A stretch of DNA of 64,000 bases from Octopus sinensis (GCF_006345805.1 NC_043008.1:58528001-58592000); one strand, 5' to 3'; counted from the first letter of the stretch, positions 12,523-26,605 are shown. The notes: generated from the letters alone by a model not told the origin. Translations and numbers: made by a program.

Positions 12523-12940
12523 GGCGCAGGAGTGGCTGTGTGGTAAGTAGTTTGCTTACGAACCACATGGTTCTGAGTTCAGTCCCACTGCGTAGCACCT
12601 TCGGCAAGTATCTTCTACTATAGATAGCCTCGGGCAGACCAAAGCATTGTGAGTAGATTTGGTAGACGGAAACTGAAAGAAGACCGTCGTATATATGCAT
12701 ATATATATTATTTCTTTACTACCCACAAGGGGCTAAACACAGAGGGGACAAACAAGGACAGACAAACGGATTAAGTCGATTACATCGACCCCAGTGGGTA
12801 ACTGGTACTTATTTAATCGACCCCGAAAGGATGAAAGGCAAAGTCGACCTCGTCGGAATTTGAACTCAGGACGTAACGGCAGACGAAATACGGCTACGCA
12901 TTTCGCCCGACGTGCTAACGTTTCTGCCAGCTCGCCGCCT

Positions 12941-13015
<75 letters not shown>

Positions 13016-13028
13016 GTGTGTGTGTGTG

Positions 13029-13080
<52 letters not shown>

Positions 13081-13292
13081 CGTGTGTGTGTGTTTGTGTG
13101 TCTGTCCCCCCAACATCGCTTGACAACCGATGCTGGTGTGTTTACGTCCCCGTAACTAAGCGGTTCGGCAAAAGTGACTGATAGATTAAGTACTAGGCTT
13201 ACAAAGAATAAGTCCTGGGGTCGCTTTTTCTCGACTAAAGGCGGTGCTCCAGCATGGCCGCAGTCAAATGACTGAAACAAGTAAAAGAATAA
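12523..13292 (+). mobile_element. SINE family B (tRNA head, CORE-like start, internal microsatellite, LINE-type tail) with nested SINE A
   Basis: A box TGGCTGTGTGG, B box GAGTTCAGTCCC, CCTTCGGCAAG segment, and tail GGCGGTGCTCCAGCATGGCCGCAGTCAAATGACTGAAAC followed by aagtaaaagaat. Confidence 0.9.
12708..12941 (-). mobile_element. SINE family A monomer inserted in the (TA)n of SINE B
   Basis: Complete head-to-tail copy, flanked by TA repeats on both sides. Confidence 0.92.
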
Positions 13293-13599
13293 TGGCCGAT
13301 GTCTCACAGAAGCGGGAATGATTGCAGATGTTATGAAAGGCGATTACAATATGTTCAGGTACTCTCGACATGACTTCGTGATCAGAAATTCTCTACTTAG
13401 AATTGCCAGAACCCCATATAACATCATAGGCCCCCTAATCCTATAAATCGAGGAAACAGTTTAAGTTCTATTGTTTTCAGAGAAACGTCAGTATTATCTT
13501 AAGTACTACATAGGTTGGTCAATACTGGTGCCCTCTGTCGTTAAACCCCTAGGGCAGATCTGCTTCAGTACAGCTATTATCAAAAATATTCTAGTTCTG

Positions 13600-13840
13600 G
13601 TCTCTCTCTCTATCCGCTCAGTCGAAGTCGACTCTCGGTCACTCGTTCGATCAGTGTCCTCCAATCAGTTCTATCCTGGGCCGCTTCCTTCAGACTGGCC
13701 TTGTCCATTCCGGTATCACTCCTGATGGTGTCAAGCCAGCGGGTTCTTGGTCGGCCTCTTCCTCCCTTGCCACTGACCATTCCGAGCATGATGTCCTTCT
13801 CCAGGGATTCTCTCCGCATAATATGACCTATTTACTGCCG
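13600..13840 (-). mobile_element. RTE/BovB-type LINE 3' end
   Basis: GHIMRRESLEKDIMLGMVSGKGGRGRPRTRWLD...DRTDWR is the typical RTE-clade ORF C-terminus. Followed by a short (AG)n tail. Confidence 0.88.
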
Positions 13841-13949
13841 ATATATCAGGACTGTTATCTCCTTTATGTCCTTTAAATTTTAAGACGTTAATTTGGTCAC
13901 CGTTTCTAAAGTGCCGAGCGACTTACAAGCTCTCACATCTTATCTGGTT

Positions 13950-14276
13950 TGTGTGTGTGTGTTCCCCCTCCCCTCAAATCCCTTGACAACCGATACTGGT
14001 GTATCTACGTCCCTGTAACTTAGCGGTTCGGGAAAAGATCCGATAAAAGGCGGCGCTTCAGAACGGTCGCAGTCAAATGACTAAAACAAGTAAAAGAATA
14101 AAAGAATATATATACAGCCGCAGCAGTGGCCGTGTGGTATAAAGCTTGCTTCGCAACCACAAGGTTCCGGCTTCAGTCCTGCTGTGTGGAACCTTGGGCA
14201 AGTGCCTTCTACTATAGCCTAGGGCCGACCAAAGCACTGTAAGTGGATTTTGAAGACGGAAAATGAAAGAAACACG

Positions 14277-14321
<45 letters not shown>

Positions 14322-14535
14322 CGTATGTATGTATTTATGTGTCTGTGTGTGTCCCCGCACCATCGTTTGATAAACGATATTGGCGTGTTTACGTCCCTGT
14401 AACGTAGCGTTCCGGCCAAAGAGCCCGACAGTATAAGTACTAGGCTCACAAAGGGTAAGTTCTGGGGTCGAATTAGTTCGACTAAAGTTGGTGCTCCAGC
14501 ATTGCCGCAGTCAGATTATTGAAACAAGTAAAAGA
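13950..14535 (+). mobile_element. Two adjacent SINE family B copies (3' half plus a full degenerate copy)
   Basis: Two tails (near 14050-14100 and 14485-14535) and one head at ~14115. Confidence 0.85.
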
Positions 14536-16261
14536 GATATATCCGAAGCCTGCGTAACCTAACGAATTTTTTTCAAATCAGAGACCTCCTCACACATAGG
14601 TGTTTATCCGTTTTGCCAGCGTTCATTTCGTATATGTGGAATCTGAAGAAAATTGGAACCGTAACAAAATACTTAGTAGTTTTAAGTATTTGTAATTCTC
14701 AACTTACTCTAAAATAACAACACATTTTCTTTTATTTTCTCCTGGAATGACATCTTGATCAGAGAAAATTATATTGTTATTTTACATTCTGTTCCAGAAG
14801 TATATTTTGAAAACCAAACTTCTCGGAAGCATAACAAACATTCCACCTCTGAATGTTACAGAAACTTTCTGTTCGCAGGAATTACAAATTCAAAAAATGT
14901 ATGAATAAGTACTATTATTTTCGTCATTGGAAAAAATACAAACATACCAAATCAAAACAAAAATTGAAAACAGTTTCTCGTTCTTCGTTTCTCAATTCAT
15001 GTTGCACTTGAAGTTTAGGTATTGCCCGAAACATGAATCTAAATTTCTGGTGTTTTTTTACTTTGTTTATATATTATTCTTTTGTAAATCAGCTTTGCTG
15101 CAGAGCTACATCATAAATTATTCATACAGATATTATCCCAGTACCGCTCGATTACTTCATGTGTTCAAAATGACGTAAAGTATATGGCGGAAAGTAACTT
15201 CACAGAAAGAAAAAAATGTCTGCTGTCCATTATACATCAGTTAAAAGTGCACGATCATACCGGCAACAGAATTAGTCGATCTATTTTAGCAACGGTTGAA
15301 AAAACCGGCGCAATCTTTGATACATTTATATCCATATATATGTTTGTATAAGCTTGTGCATATTATATGTGCATGTGAAATATTCCCTTTCTGTTTAAAT
15401 GTTACTCAAGCCATGATCAAAATTATACATTTAATAGTATCTTTGATCTATTTCTGAAAAGTTTTATCCGCTTTATTAAAACATTCTTAAAATTCTTTCT
15501 CTCTTCGCTATATTAACATCAAATGTTGTCTAGGTCTCAAGTGCTTTCTTGAGTGAACGCTTCCTCTCCTTGGCGCTAAATCCTGGTTTTACAGTCAAGT
15601 AAAATATATATTCCATATGCATCAAGCCACAACCACTAGTTGCTATTGTAAACTATAAAATTTAGCGGTCACTAATCTATTGTTAACGTAGACGCTGTTC
15701 ATGTTGGAAAGGTAAAGAAATTTATTTCGTAATCATGAAGTGCCGCTTTCAATTCCATTGAATGACATCTTCTACAAATTAGATTTTTTAAAGCCTCCGC
15801 TTGATCCATATCTTATGAATTAAATAAGGTCGATAGAAACTATGAAAGCCGGTCGGATATATTGTACCTTTAATTCAACGATCCAGCCTCGTTATGTATT
15901 CTCACACTGATTACCACTGAAAATTGCATAACATTGCACGTAAATGCGGTATAATCAGCTACTTACACCGCTGGTCGTTCCGTTGATCGTTGATTGAGTA
16001 ACTAAATACAAATACAAATGGTCTGAAAGTCTGAGCGTGATCCCTTCATTATCGTTCGAAAGCTAAAGCAGTGATTGTTTTTCTAGTTGCTGTGTGTGTT
16101 CAGATCCTGCCGAGGTCAACTTTCCCTTTCCTCTTTTTGGTGTTGATAACCTAAAGTAGCGATCAAATAATGAAGACGATGGTGTGGAATAAAGCACTAG
16201 CTCTAAAATTTTGCCTTAAATTAAAAAAAAACCCATCATTACTTGTCAACTGGATTGCTTG

Positions 16262-16560
16262 CGGAGGCACATGGCCGAGTGGTTAGAGCAACTGACTCGC
16301 GGTCGGGAGATCGCAGGTTCGAATCTCAGACCGGGCGATGTGTTTGTCTATGAGCGAAACACCTAAGCTCCACGTGGCTCCGGTAGAAGGTAATGGCGAA
16401 CTTCTGCTGACTCTTTCGCCACAACTTTCTCTCACTCTTTTCTCCTGCATCTTGCAGCTCACCTGTAACGGACCGGTGTCCTATCCAGGTAGGGGACCTA
16501 TACGCCAAGGAAACCGGCCCTATGTGCCAGGCATGGCTCCAGAAGGAACAAACAACTCGA
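16262..16560 (+). mobile_element. SINE family C (tRNA head, V-like 3' domain)
   Basis: A box TGGCCGAGTGGTTAG, B box GGTTCGAATCTC. Homologous to 45125-45428, 49206-49520 and 55195-55500. Confidence 0.88.
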
Positions 16561-16744
16561 TGATTGATTTTCCTTTTTTTTATTGAATGATATAAATAGC
16601 AGTCTGCTTCATCTAATATGGCTATACGAAATGAAAGTTATTCAATATACAATCTGGAAATGCACACACACGCACACAAACACACACACACACACACACA
16701 CATACACACACAAACACACACATATATATATGACTGTTTATGTA

Positions 16745-17010
16745 TATATATTGTTTTAGTCTTTTTACTTGTTTAAATCATTTGACTGCGGGCCATGCTG
16801 GAGCACTACCTTGAGGGGATTTAGAAGAACAAATCGACTCATTTTTGTAAGCCTGGTACTTATTCCTTCAATCTCTTTTGCTGGGGACGTAAACACGCCA
16901 ACATCGATTGCCAGGCCATGGCAGGGAGGGAGACAAACACAAACACACACACATATATAAATATACGACGGCTTTCTTTCAGTTTCCTCTCGCAACACTT
17001 TGGTCAGCCT
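16745..17010 (-). mobile_element. SINE family B, 3' portion
   Basis: Reverse complement of the family B tail (catttgactgcgggccatgctggagcac). Confidence 0.85.
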
Positions 17011-17278
17011 GAGGTTCTTTTTCGTCCATATATATATATATATATGAAAAATATTAAGGGTTGAAAATGCAATGCGCGTTTGTACATGTATTTACAGCAA
17101 GTTTTAATTTTTCTTTAACGTAAGGGGTAAAATTATATCCCCTGTATATATATATATATATACACTTATATACACATATATGTACAGCCACTCACACACA
17201 CATATATATATACATACGCCTACACGCGCACATACACACACACATACACACACATACACACACACGCATATACATATA

Positions 17279-18600
17279 AGAATAACAGACTTCCTAGAAC
17301 AAAATCATTTAAATTGCAACCAGCATGGCTTTCGTAGTGGGTGGGACTGTCTAACACAGTTCCTGCACCAGTTTGATGACATCTTAAATGCTTTAAGTGA
17401 GGGCTCCAACGCGGATGTCATATACCTTGCTTTCACAAGGCCTTTGATGGGGTCGACCACAATATACCGTTAAAGAAACAACGCTGGAGTCAGTGGAAAG
17501 TTACTTCAAGGGAATAGGTATTTCCTAACAAACAGGAGCCAGCATGCTGTGGTTGATGGCATCCACTGAAGACTAGGAAAAATTTATCAGCGGAGTCCCA
17601 CGGGGTACTGTCCTGGGTCCACTTCTTTTTATTGTCTATATCAATGACATTGTAGATTCCATTGAATATAGCACCATAAAAATATTTGCAGATGATTCTA
17701 AGCTCCAGAAAGTCATTAAGGGAGGGGCACAAAAACAATATGCAGTTGAACGAAGAGAAATTTGTGCTCATCCACTTTGGAAGGGAGGGCACACTCAAAC
17801 AACCTCATACACTACTGTCGGGAGACCTAGTTGAACCGTCGAATAATATCAGAGACTTAGGTGTAACTGTCGACAGCAACCTTAGTTGGAGTGTGTCGAT
17901 GTTGCTCACAGAATGTCTCAAGGATCCTCAGAACTTTCCAATCTAGTGATCATGAAACCATCATCCTTCTGTTCTCCACATTCGCTTGGTCCCACCTCGA
18001 ATATTGCTGCCCATTGTGGCTCCACCCTACAACAAACAAGACATAATGAGGATCGAAGCGCCACAAAGATCAATCACAAGAAAAAAATAATAGTATGATG
18101 GGACTTCTTTGTTGGGCTCGACTTAAATAGCTGAAGCTCTGTTCTCTGCAATGCCGCCGTGAAAAATACATTATCGTATATATATGTATATATATATATT
18201 TTCCATGTGGAAAATATTCCACATGCAACGCCGCCGTGAGCAATACATTATTGTATATATGTATATATAATGTATACATATATTTTCCATGTGGAACATA
18301 TTCCACCAATATTATCCAAATGATATTGGTATTATGTTTACAATTCACCCAAGACTAGGCCCCCGTGCAATGCGTCCCCTACAAAGGTCGAGATCACATC
18401 ACATAAGAACATTGCGACACAATATCCCCACTGCAAACGGTCCTGCACTTTTTAATGTTATCCCAAAAGAAATTAAAGTAGAAAAAGAGGCCACAACTTT
18501 CAAATAGTACATTGACAAATTACTCCAGGAAATACCAGGTAAACCTGGATACACCCCAACCAACAACAAATCTCTGCTTGATTCTGAGAAGAAAATAGTG
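17279..18600 (+). pseudogene. CR1-group LINE reverse transcriptase fragment
   Basis: NQHGFRSG.DCLTQ, GVPRGTVLGPLL, IKIFADDSKLQK and HPRLGPRAMRP...GPALFN, with many frameshifts. Similar to 29335-30362. Confidence 0.9.
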
Positions 18601-19861
18601 CATAACCCCACCAGCTAAATCGACATTAAAGTTATACATTTATAATACGTAAAATTGCTATAAAAACAACAATAATTATAACACAAAGCACAGTAAACAT
18701 CAACTATGGCATCCTTATGTAGTACGATAGATTGCGTATCAACAGATGGTGTATCAGATGTCAGATAATGACATCTCTAAAAGTATAGGAGGAAACAAAT
18801 GCACATGACCACAAGTAAAAATAATTAATGCACAAATGTGTATATACATGCACACACACACATACAAACATATGTACATTCACATATATGCGTCCGAATG
18901 GATGAAAGGCAGAGTCGACCTCGCTAGAATTTGAGCCTAGAACAGACGAAACGCTGCAAAGTATTTTCCCCGACGTGCTGATGAATCTGCGAGCTCACCG
19001 CCTTATGAGATTGAAATATCAATATGACTAAAAGACAAAAGAAACTCCTGTTTATGCCAGAATTGATTGAAAATTCCAATCCTCACCTGTATATATAAAT
19101 TCACATCGGAAACAGTCGGGTAATTATTTTACATATTGCGTGAGTGGCCTCTGAAAGAATTCTTGATTTCAATTTTTCTTATTGGTGCGTTGTTGACGGG
19201 GTGCGAAACCCCTATATGGAAACGCCAAGATCTTCTAACAATTTATTTTACTGCATCCCTTTATTTAATTGCATTTCCCATTATTGATATTATTGCACAA
19301 AGTGAAACAATGATGATAAATAGAGTCAAAAATTTATTTCTCGTGTCAGATATTGCCGATAATATATATTAACGATGATAGATAATTTACACGGAAGCCG
19401 TTATTTATCGCTTAATTTTTTTTACAATACACGCGATAGTTTTCAGAAGAATAATATGACTTGTATTCGGTTTCACTTACTAAAAGTTCATTGCACTGAA
19501 CCACTTAAAATCATAGACAGGTCAAATTTGTCAAATGCACTGTCTTAGGGTCGTCTACGAAGAGGACAGACTGACGGCTAGAACACTTTAGCCGCAGTCC
19601 GTGTTTTATGCACCACAGCTTACATATTCTCACTATATAGAATGTGCAGCATCAATTAGCACTAGAGGGTGATTGGAGCGGCTTGTGTATATCATCGAGT
19701 AGTTCAAGTGTTAACTTATATATCAAATGATTATTGGATTATGCGAGAAGATGTCTGGGAAGAACATTGTTCATATGAGAAGTCAATATCCAATGATAGA
19801 GAAAGCATACTTTATTTTCATAAGTTCGACGGAGAGCTCATCCATTTCATGTGGTCGGATA

Positions 19862-19920
<59 letters not shown>

Positions 19921-20512
19921 TGTATTAAAAAGCAGCAGAAAATTCAACAAAACCTGTTACTCCCGTTCGTCGGACAGTTTTTGCTATATATATATATATG
20001 TTATATATATATATGCGAACAGATTTCGTAGCAGAGGGGAATCCTCTGGTATGGGTACAAGAACAGTCAGATCATGTGATTTTAGTGTACTGCAGTATAA
20101 AATCACAGACTTATATCTTAGGAGACGTAAAGTATTTTCACGACATCTCTAGGTGTTTGGACACTGTCACACTTTAGCGGTCCTGTTGATTATCGATCTC
20201 GTATTCGGTGTTTGGCTAGCTACTGCTGATTTATAGTTAAATCCCATGATACAGTAGTGTCATCCGCTGAAGAAACTTTAGTCAGCCAATATAGTTGATT
20301 GTGTTTTTTTGTATATGTCTAAACGAGATAATTTTCCGCAGTGTAAGGCGTTCTAAGCAATACATCCAATTCTATGCATCTATCTATCGATCCGTGTATA
20401 TGGATATTATTGTCTCGAGTCCTAGGACCCATAGGTGTTCTTCTCATGGTACATCACACCATCCATCTCCCGTAAAACGGTCGCCCTTCGTCGAAGTGGA
20501 TTTGAGCAATGT

Positions 20513-20552
20513 GAAATGACGTGTTTCGACCTAGAATACAACTCATCACTCG
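20513..20552 (-). ncRNA. Degenerate hammerhead-like motif
   Basis: Minus strand reads gUGAUGAG...UC-GAAAC-AC-GUC-AUUUC. C3 is lost and stem II is decayed. Confidence 0.35.
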
Positions 20553-21665
20553 TTAGAGTAATCCAAACCATGATCTTGCGATCGGCAGAGCAGCGCTATT
20601 ACTGCCAGGCTAGGACCCTTCATACCTTCATATATATTATAATATAGTGCATACTCCTATATATCTTTTTCTATGAAAAGGCTTGATCCACCTTATTATA
20701 AGTCAAAGCCGCTCTAACCAGTCTTTTATGTTGCCAATTGTTTCTACGTGTGTGTGTCTATATAGAAACCGAACAAATTAAAATGGGCATGAAAGACTTT
20801 GTAAAAGACCGAAGGTAAATGTGATTGCTAGAGAGTAAATTAGACGTGATTTTCATATATAATTAGCATAAAAATCTATTATATGATTTAATGTAATATT
20901 TGAAAATGATATATATTAGATTAACGAGTAAATGCTATTTGAAATTGAATGATGTATCATAAATAAACCGAGGAAAATGTTTCATTACAATCCCTATTTG
21001 TAATGAGTTATTTCTTGGCGTGACAGAGTTAATTAAATGTTTAAAATATTTGCAATAATCTGTGTTGGAAAGCAAAACTTATGTAATAATTACTATGAAG
21101 GAAAAGTAAGTGGATGAGTTTCGAGTCTAATGGGAATGTAGTAGAGCAACTCCTATATAGGTGTGTGAAGTTTACTCCATGAGAGATCATCAATACTACC
21201 AACTAAAAGACACAACAAATTCAATAAAATTGATACAGCATTGGAAATAAGCAGTTATTAAGATATCATGTAATCTGGAAAGCTTGTATTTATCTTTTAT
21301 TCAGAAGTGAAGGTGTGCTCATTGACTCTTTATTCAAGGCTTCTGAGTTTAATGAGTGACGGAGGAAACCGTTTTCAAACAGGAATCCCTTGTGTGAATT
21401 CTTGCAATAGAATTGATACTGCAAAAAGTGACCAATGAGCTAAGTGGTGATGTTGCACCGGGCAACATATTAAGTCCGTCACCCCAGTACGCCATCGCGC
21501 ATTTTGATCTTAGAAACCCAAAGTCTGAAAAAATAACGCAAGGCATCCGGTCCGACGTTCGCCAATCCACCACTTTGGATTGGTACTTTTTTAATTGATC
21601 CCCAAAATAGGAAAGGCAAAGTTGACGTCAGCAGGATATGAACTCAGATTTCAGTGAGTCGGAAG

Positions 21666-21766
21666 CATTTTGCACTGAAGATCTTCCACCCAAACTATTG
21701 AAAATGCAAACTTATAATGTTTTGTAATTTATATTGGGTGCGAAGTGAAACAAATGTAGGCAATGT
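21666..21766 (+). ncRNA. Hammerhead-like motif in direct repeat, copy 1
   Basis: CUGAAGA, CUUC-CACCC...GGGUG-C-GAAG, GAAAC-AAAU-GUA, then GGCAAUG. Confidence 0.5.
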
Positions 21767-21859
21767 TTTGTCCCCGGACATAAATAATGTTAAGCTTTAG
21801 TCTGAATGATTAAGAAGTGAAATATTAATTCAATTCTTTTTTACTTATTTGGTGTGGAG

Positions 21860-22262
21860 GGATAGGCAATGTCCAGGGACCTTTCGAGCCCTCCTGTGTC
21901 GGTATGATTGTTTTTAGTGTTCCAGTTCTTCCTTTATAAGTCAACCTTTGCAGGTAAGGTATAAGCAGGGAGGGAATCTTTTTAAAGAGCCACAGCCTGG
22001 GAGAGAAAGACTGAGCAGTTATGGTGGAGCCTAGTAGTTGTGGTGGTGGTTGGGGTTTAAGACAGAGTAGGAGTGTTGAGAGAAAGCAAGAGCTGTTCGG
22101 TTCGAGGATATCTGAGTGATGGTGGCATTAGTTCAGAAATCAGAAAATTCCAAGAAATAGAAGTAATTATAGCAAGGGCAAAAATGTAGTTAGAAGAGAC
22201 AGCGTGCCTGTGGGTAAGAAGCTGTTGAGCTGATGTCATCTGTCTGTTAGGTGGTCCTGCAT
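21860..22262 (-). mobile_element. LINE ORF2 3' fragment (CR1/L2/Jockey-type C-terminus)
   Basis: HRHAVSS...SELMPPSLRYPRT...SVFLSQAVAL resembles the HRR.VSSL..FYRYY...SEL...PP...R.TR C-terminal pattern. Confidence 0.6.
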
Positions 22263-23287
22263 TCGTAAATAATATAAATAAAATAAAATATTTTATCCTT
22301 AGTTGAGAGATAATTAAACTAAGTTATCATAGTCACTCAAATGGTGACTAATCCATATTTTAATTGAGGACTACATTATCAAACATGTCAAATATTTTAA
22401 GCGATATATTGGATCAAGTCCTTCTTTGTTCTGGCCATTTATCTATGACCACAGTGTAGTGTCTGCATCTATTATTAGCTTAATTTTTAATAAGTTCCTA
22501 AAATGAAATTTCGATTTCAAAATAAATACTTCATTGTTGACATTATAAGAAATTAGAAACATTAAGAACTTGAAATAATTTTTTTAGGAAGCGTTTGAAG
22601 CCAACAATTACACGCTATAGTTTATAGCTGTTCGAGATACATCATTCCTGGAAACAGTTAATATTTGAATGATTCGAAGAAGTGAAGTGAGATTAATGCC
22701 AAACAATAACGGAAAATGATTTCCAGATGAAGCAAAACAGTAATTTTAACATGGCAATTACATTTTCGCAATAGGAATTTTAAAAATAATAAATCCCCAG
22801 AATCGATAACACCGTAAACCGAACATGTAAAATCGCATATGATTGGATTTTTTCAGTGTGAAAGAAATATAAACAAGTACTATAGATATATCTTCTAACA
22901 GAAAGGCTGGCTAGCTTCTTACTAACCTGTTACTAATCGATTCGTCATTGTCATTTTATTGAATTTGTTGCAGTGGTTAGATTTCGTGATATTAGGTAAA
23001 AATATTGATATAGATAGAACCACAGGCTTTATTTCTTTTGAATAATCTGAACCCCATGGAAAATTAGGAAGAAATGAAGAGAACGGTGCTCGTATGAACT
23101 TGTGAACTGTCCGAAGTAATGCTCCATTTACGTTCTGAGAATATAATATTAATGACTTATGCATAAATGTAAAGAAAGATGAAAGTGACTCAATACAGTA
23201 CATATAAAGATGGCTGTGACAGAAAATACATGAATATATAATCTGCTGGAGTATTTCAATTGATCAACATGTAAACTCTATAATGAC

Positions 23288-23396
23288 CATTTTGCACTGA
23301 AGATCTTCCACCCGGACTATTCAAAATGCAAACTTATATTATAATACATGTTTCGTAATTTATATTGGGTGCGAAGCGAAACAATTGTAGGCAATG
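23288..23396 (+). ncRNA. Hammerhead-like motif in direct repeat, copy 2
   Basis: Same motif as 21666-21766, 1622 bp downstream, with a perfect palindromic stem III ACAAUUGU and a GUA triplet. Confidence 0.55.
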
Positions 23397-23467
23397 TTAA
23401 ATAATTAATAAATCAATTTATATCCATTTAATCTCTCTATATTCAGAATAATATATATATATATATA

Positions 23468-23871
23468 CACTTTTACTTGTTTCAGTCATTTCACTGTGGC
23501 CATGCTGGAGCACCGCCTTTAGTCGAGCAAATCGACCCCAGGACTTATTCTCTCTAAGCCTAGTACTTATTCTATCGGTCTCTTTGGCCAAACCGCTAAG
23601 TTATGGAGACGTAAGCACACCAGCAGCGGTTGTCAAGCGATGTTGGGGGACAAACACAGACACACAAACGCACACACACACACACATATATATACAGATA
23701 CATATATACGGCGGGCTTCTTTCAGTTCCCGTCTACCAAATCCACTCACAAGGCTTTGGTCGGCCCGAGGCTATAGTAGAAGACACTTGCTCAAGGCGCC
23801 AAACAGTGGGACTGAACCCGGAACCATGTAGTTCGTAAGCAAGCTACTTACCACACAGCCACTCCTACGCC
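23468..23871 (-). mobile_element. SINE family B, full length
   Basis: Head, CORE-like segment, microsatellite and tail all present. Confidence 0.93.
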
Positions 23872-25504
23872 TGCGAAATATTCCTAGTGGCATTTCGTCC
23901 GTGTTCACGTTCTGAGTTTAAATTCTTCCAAAGATGATTGTGTCTTTAATCATTTTGTGGTCGATAAAAGAAGTAATGGTTGAGCACTGGCGTCAATGCA
24001 ATGGACTTACTCCTTCCCCGGCGCTTGTTGGCTTTGAAAGCAATAGGTTGAGGCAGATTTGAACATGGAAATGTTTTTCGCTGTTATGTTCCGTCAAAGC
24101 AGAACAACTTATTTTCGAATAACTGTGTTCATTACACACTCGATTCATTATTGCAAGGGACTCTGGAACAGCCTTGCACCTCTTCCGTAAACAAACTGCT
24201 TTCTTATCCGTGTTGATGCCTACCAAGCAGTAATAAATCACCGTAAGCACGATAATCGGCAAGATCCAAAAGGAATACTTACCTATTTACTTATAATACT
24301 TTCCAGCATATTTTCTACAATATTACACTTAAATGAATAAACATATAATATAAATAGGTGCTAGAGACGTAAGTAAGGACTAAAATATCGTACATAGAAT
24401 GAAACATTATTCAACTTCTTCGTCACAGGAGGATAACCTCAAATTTTATTCAAGGGTATATCAATTGAAATGAATATTCTTGCTGTTTAACCACTGTTCA
24501 AATGTATCTGAGTAGATCTATTATTAAAGGTATTTAATTCATGACTATCTCATTAGTTTTTTTGAAAACAAAGTATAGTTTATTAAGAATGCATTATGAG
24601 TTGCATCAGCCTTTTTTATTAACGCTAAAGTCTTTAATTTGACAGTTGGGCAAATACTTTTCGTTTTATACAAATTTATCAATTTAGCCTGTAACTATAA
24701 AAAGGACACCTGCAATCTCATGTAAATTGATTGAGAAGGACAGGATATCTTGTTCCTTTGCTAATTGCAAATTAATAAATATAATAATGGTATGGTGCTG
24801 ACAACAAGACCGTGATACTGATAATGATGAGAATGATGTTCATCTGACGACGATGTTGTTCAAGATTCTGAAGATGATATTACGACATTGCGACTGGAAT
24901 GATAATGAGGATGATATTTCTTTTCTGTACAAATTCAACGTAAAGGGGAGGTTATATTGTTATAGAAAGAGACACACAATAATACAACCCAATTATCAAG
25001 CATGCGCGCACATATGCAAATACACATGTGTAAGTATGTATAAACATGCCCATAGAGAATATATCTACAATTTACGTAGTACAAATATCAAGGTGACATG
25101 ATATGGAACTAATTAATAGGTAAGTGCAATTTGACATGGGAAGCCATTCATCAGCTATGGGATACATAATGAGCATAGTTTCAGTGCTTTTAAAAGTGTT
25201 AAGATTGAATGTTGTAACACTAGTCACCTTTGGATGCGTCAATAATTGTAAACATCACGGACTTGGTGGGCTCAAGAAAACTGTTTTAGAATATGATGCC
25301 AGCAATGTATGATTCAGAGTGAAATTTGGACACGGATACACGCTTGTAATATAATGCACGAAATAAGGATACAATGTTTCCACTGGATAGATTATATCTG
25401 AGAAAGGTAGCGTGAATGGAAGATGGTGATATGATAACCGTCAGTTTGACGCCGGTATACCACGTTATTGGTTTCAAGTTTTAGCACGAAGCCATTAAGT
25501 TCTT

Positions 25505-25680
25505 GCGAGTGGGTAAGTCGGTTACATCGATCCCAGTATCGATATAACCCGTACTTATTTTATATAGACCCCGAAAGTATAAATGGTTGAGTCGACCTCG
25601 GCGGAATTTGAACTCAGAACGAATAGACGGGCTAAGAATTTTTTTCAGCGTACTAACAATTCTGTCAGCTCGCCGCCAGC
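25505..25680 (-). mobile_element. SINE family A, degenerate
   Basis: gtcgacctcggcggaatttgaactcagaac...gctcgccgcc. Confidence 0.82.
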
Positions 25681-26605
25681 TGCCCTTTGTTGAAATTTTA
25701 AGCCAATATTCAATAGAAGAAATTAACGTCTATTTGAATGTATCTATTGAAAATATAACAAAATAGGAAAAGTATTACATCTTTTCGGTTTTCTCAACTT
25801 TCTGGTCCGTATTTTACTGAAAACATCAACTTAATGAAATGTATGTAAAATACACAAAGAATATAGTTAAGATAAATTGTAAATAAAAGCTAACAGTAAA
25901 TTTTCTTTTAGAATAGTTAAAATGTGACAATAAAGAGTGAGATAAATTTTAACTGCCTCCAAGAAATTTACATTTTGTTCAAAGTTATAATTTTCTGTCA
26001 CGTTTTTAACTCACTTGCTGGTAAATATCTCTTTCTTTTGCTTGAATAAATATTTTCAGTTTCTTTGTGATTAGCATAGTATCATTAATGGAGTTAAATA
26101 ATGTTTCATTCTATATACGACATTTTAGTCCTTACTACGTCTCTAGTACTATTTATGTTATATGTTTATTCATTTAAGTGTAATGTTGTAGAGAACTAAC
26201 CCTAGTACTGAAGGAGATAATTACAAGAGCGATTCGATATCTATTCAACTCAGTGAGTTAAGCAAAAATGCACCAATTGTCACCGGTTATTCGAAAAACA
26301 AAAAATAAAACAACCCATAACAAGAGTTACACACTGAAACTAGAATTACAGCATGAAATAATATGGGATATTCTCATCTGCGACGAGGAGTCCTGCAACG
26401 ATATATATATATACATAAATACATACATACATACATATATATGTGTGTATGTGTGTGCATTTCTATAGATATGTATGAATGTGTGTGTATACATGTAAGT
26501 TACACACACACACATATATATATATGTATGCGTGAGTGTGCCGAGACAGATATATATATATATATACATACGAATACGCATACATGTACCAGGACTGATC
26601 AAAAA

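Noticed and set aside
13240-13278. SINE B tail as a possible ribozyme because of hairpin-GAAAC
   Set aside because: It lacks CUGANGA and stems I and III. Better explained as a LINE recognition element.
16262-16335. tRNA-like cloverleaf (also at the heads of other SINE copies)
   Set aside because: It continues into SINE body and tail, with no proper acceptor stem closure or terminator. SINE head, not a tRNA gene.
19136-19372. ORF with lipobox-like LLTGC after a hydrophobic stretch
   Set aside because: TTG start, only 78 aa, no bacterial gene context or compositional shift. Likely chance in T-rich sequence.
23993-24262. Minus-strand ORF faintly like GPCR TM5-TM6
   Set aside because: No Met start, no convincing splice sites and no other TM exons. 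The opposite strand equally resembles a LINE C-terminus (LWNSL).
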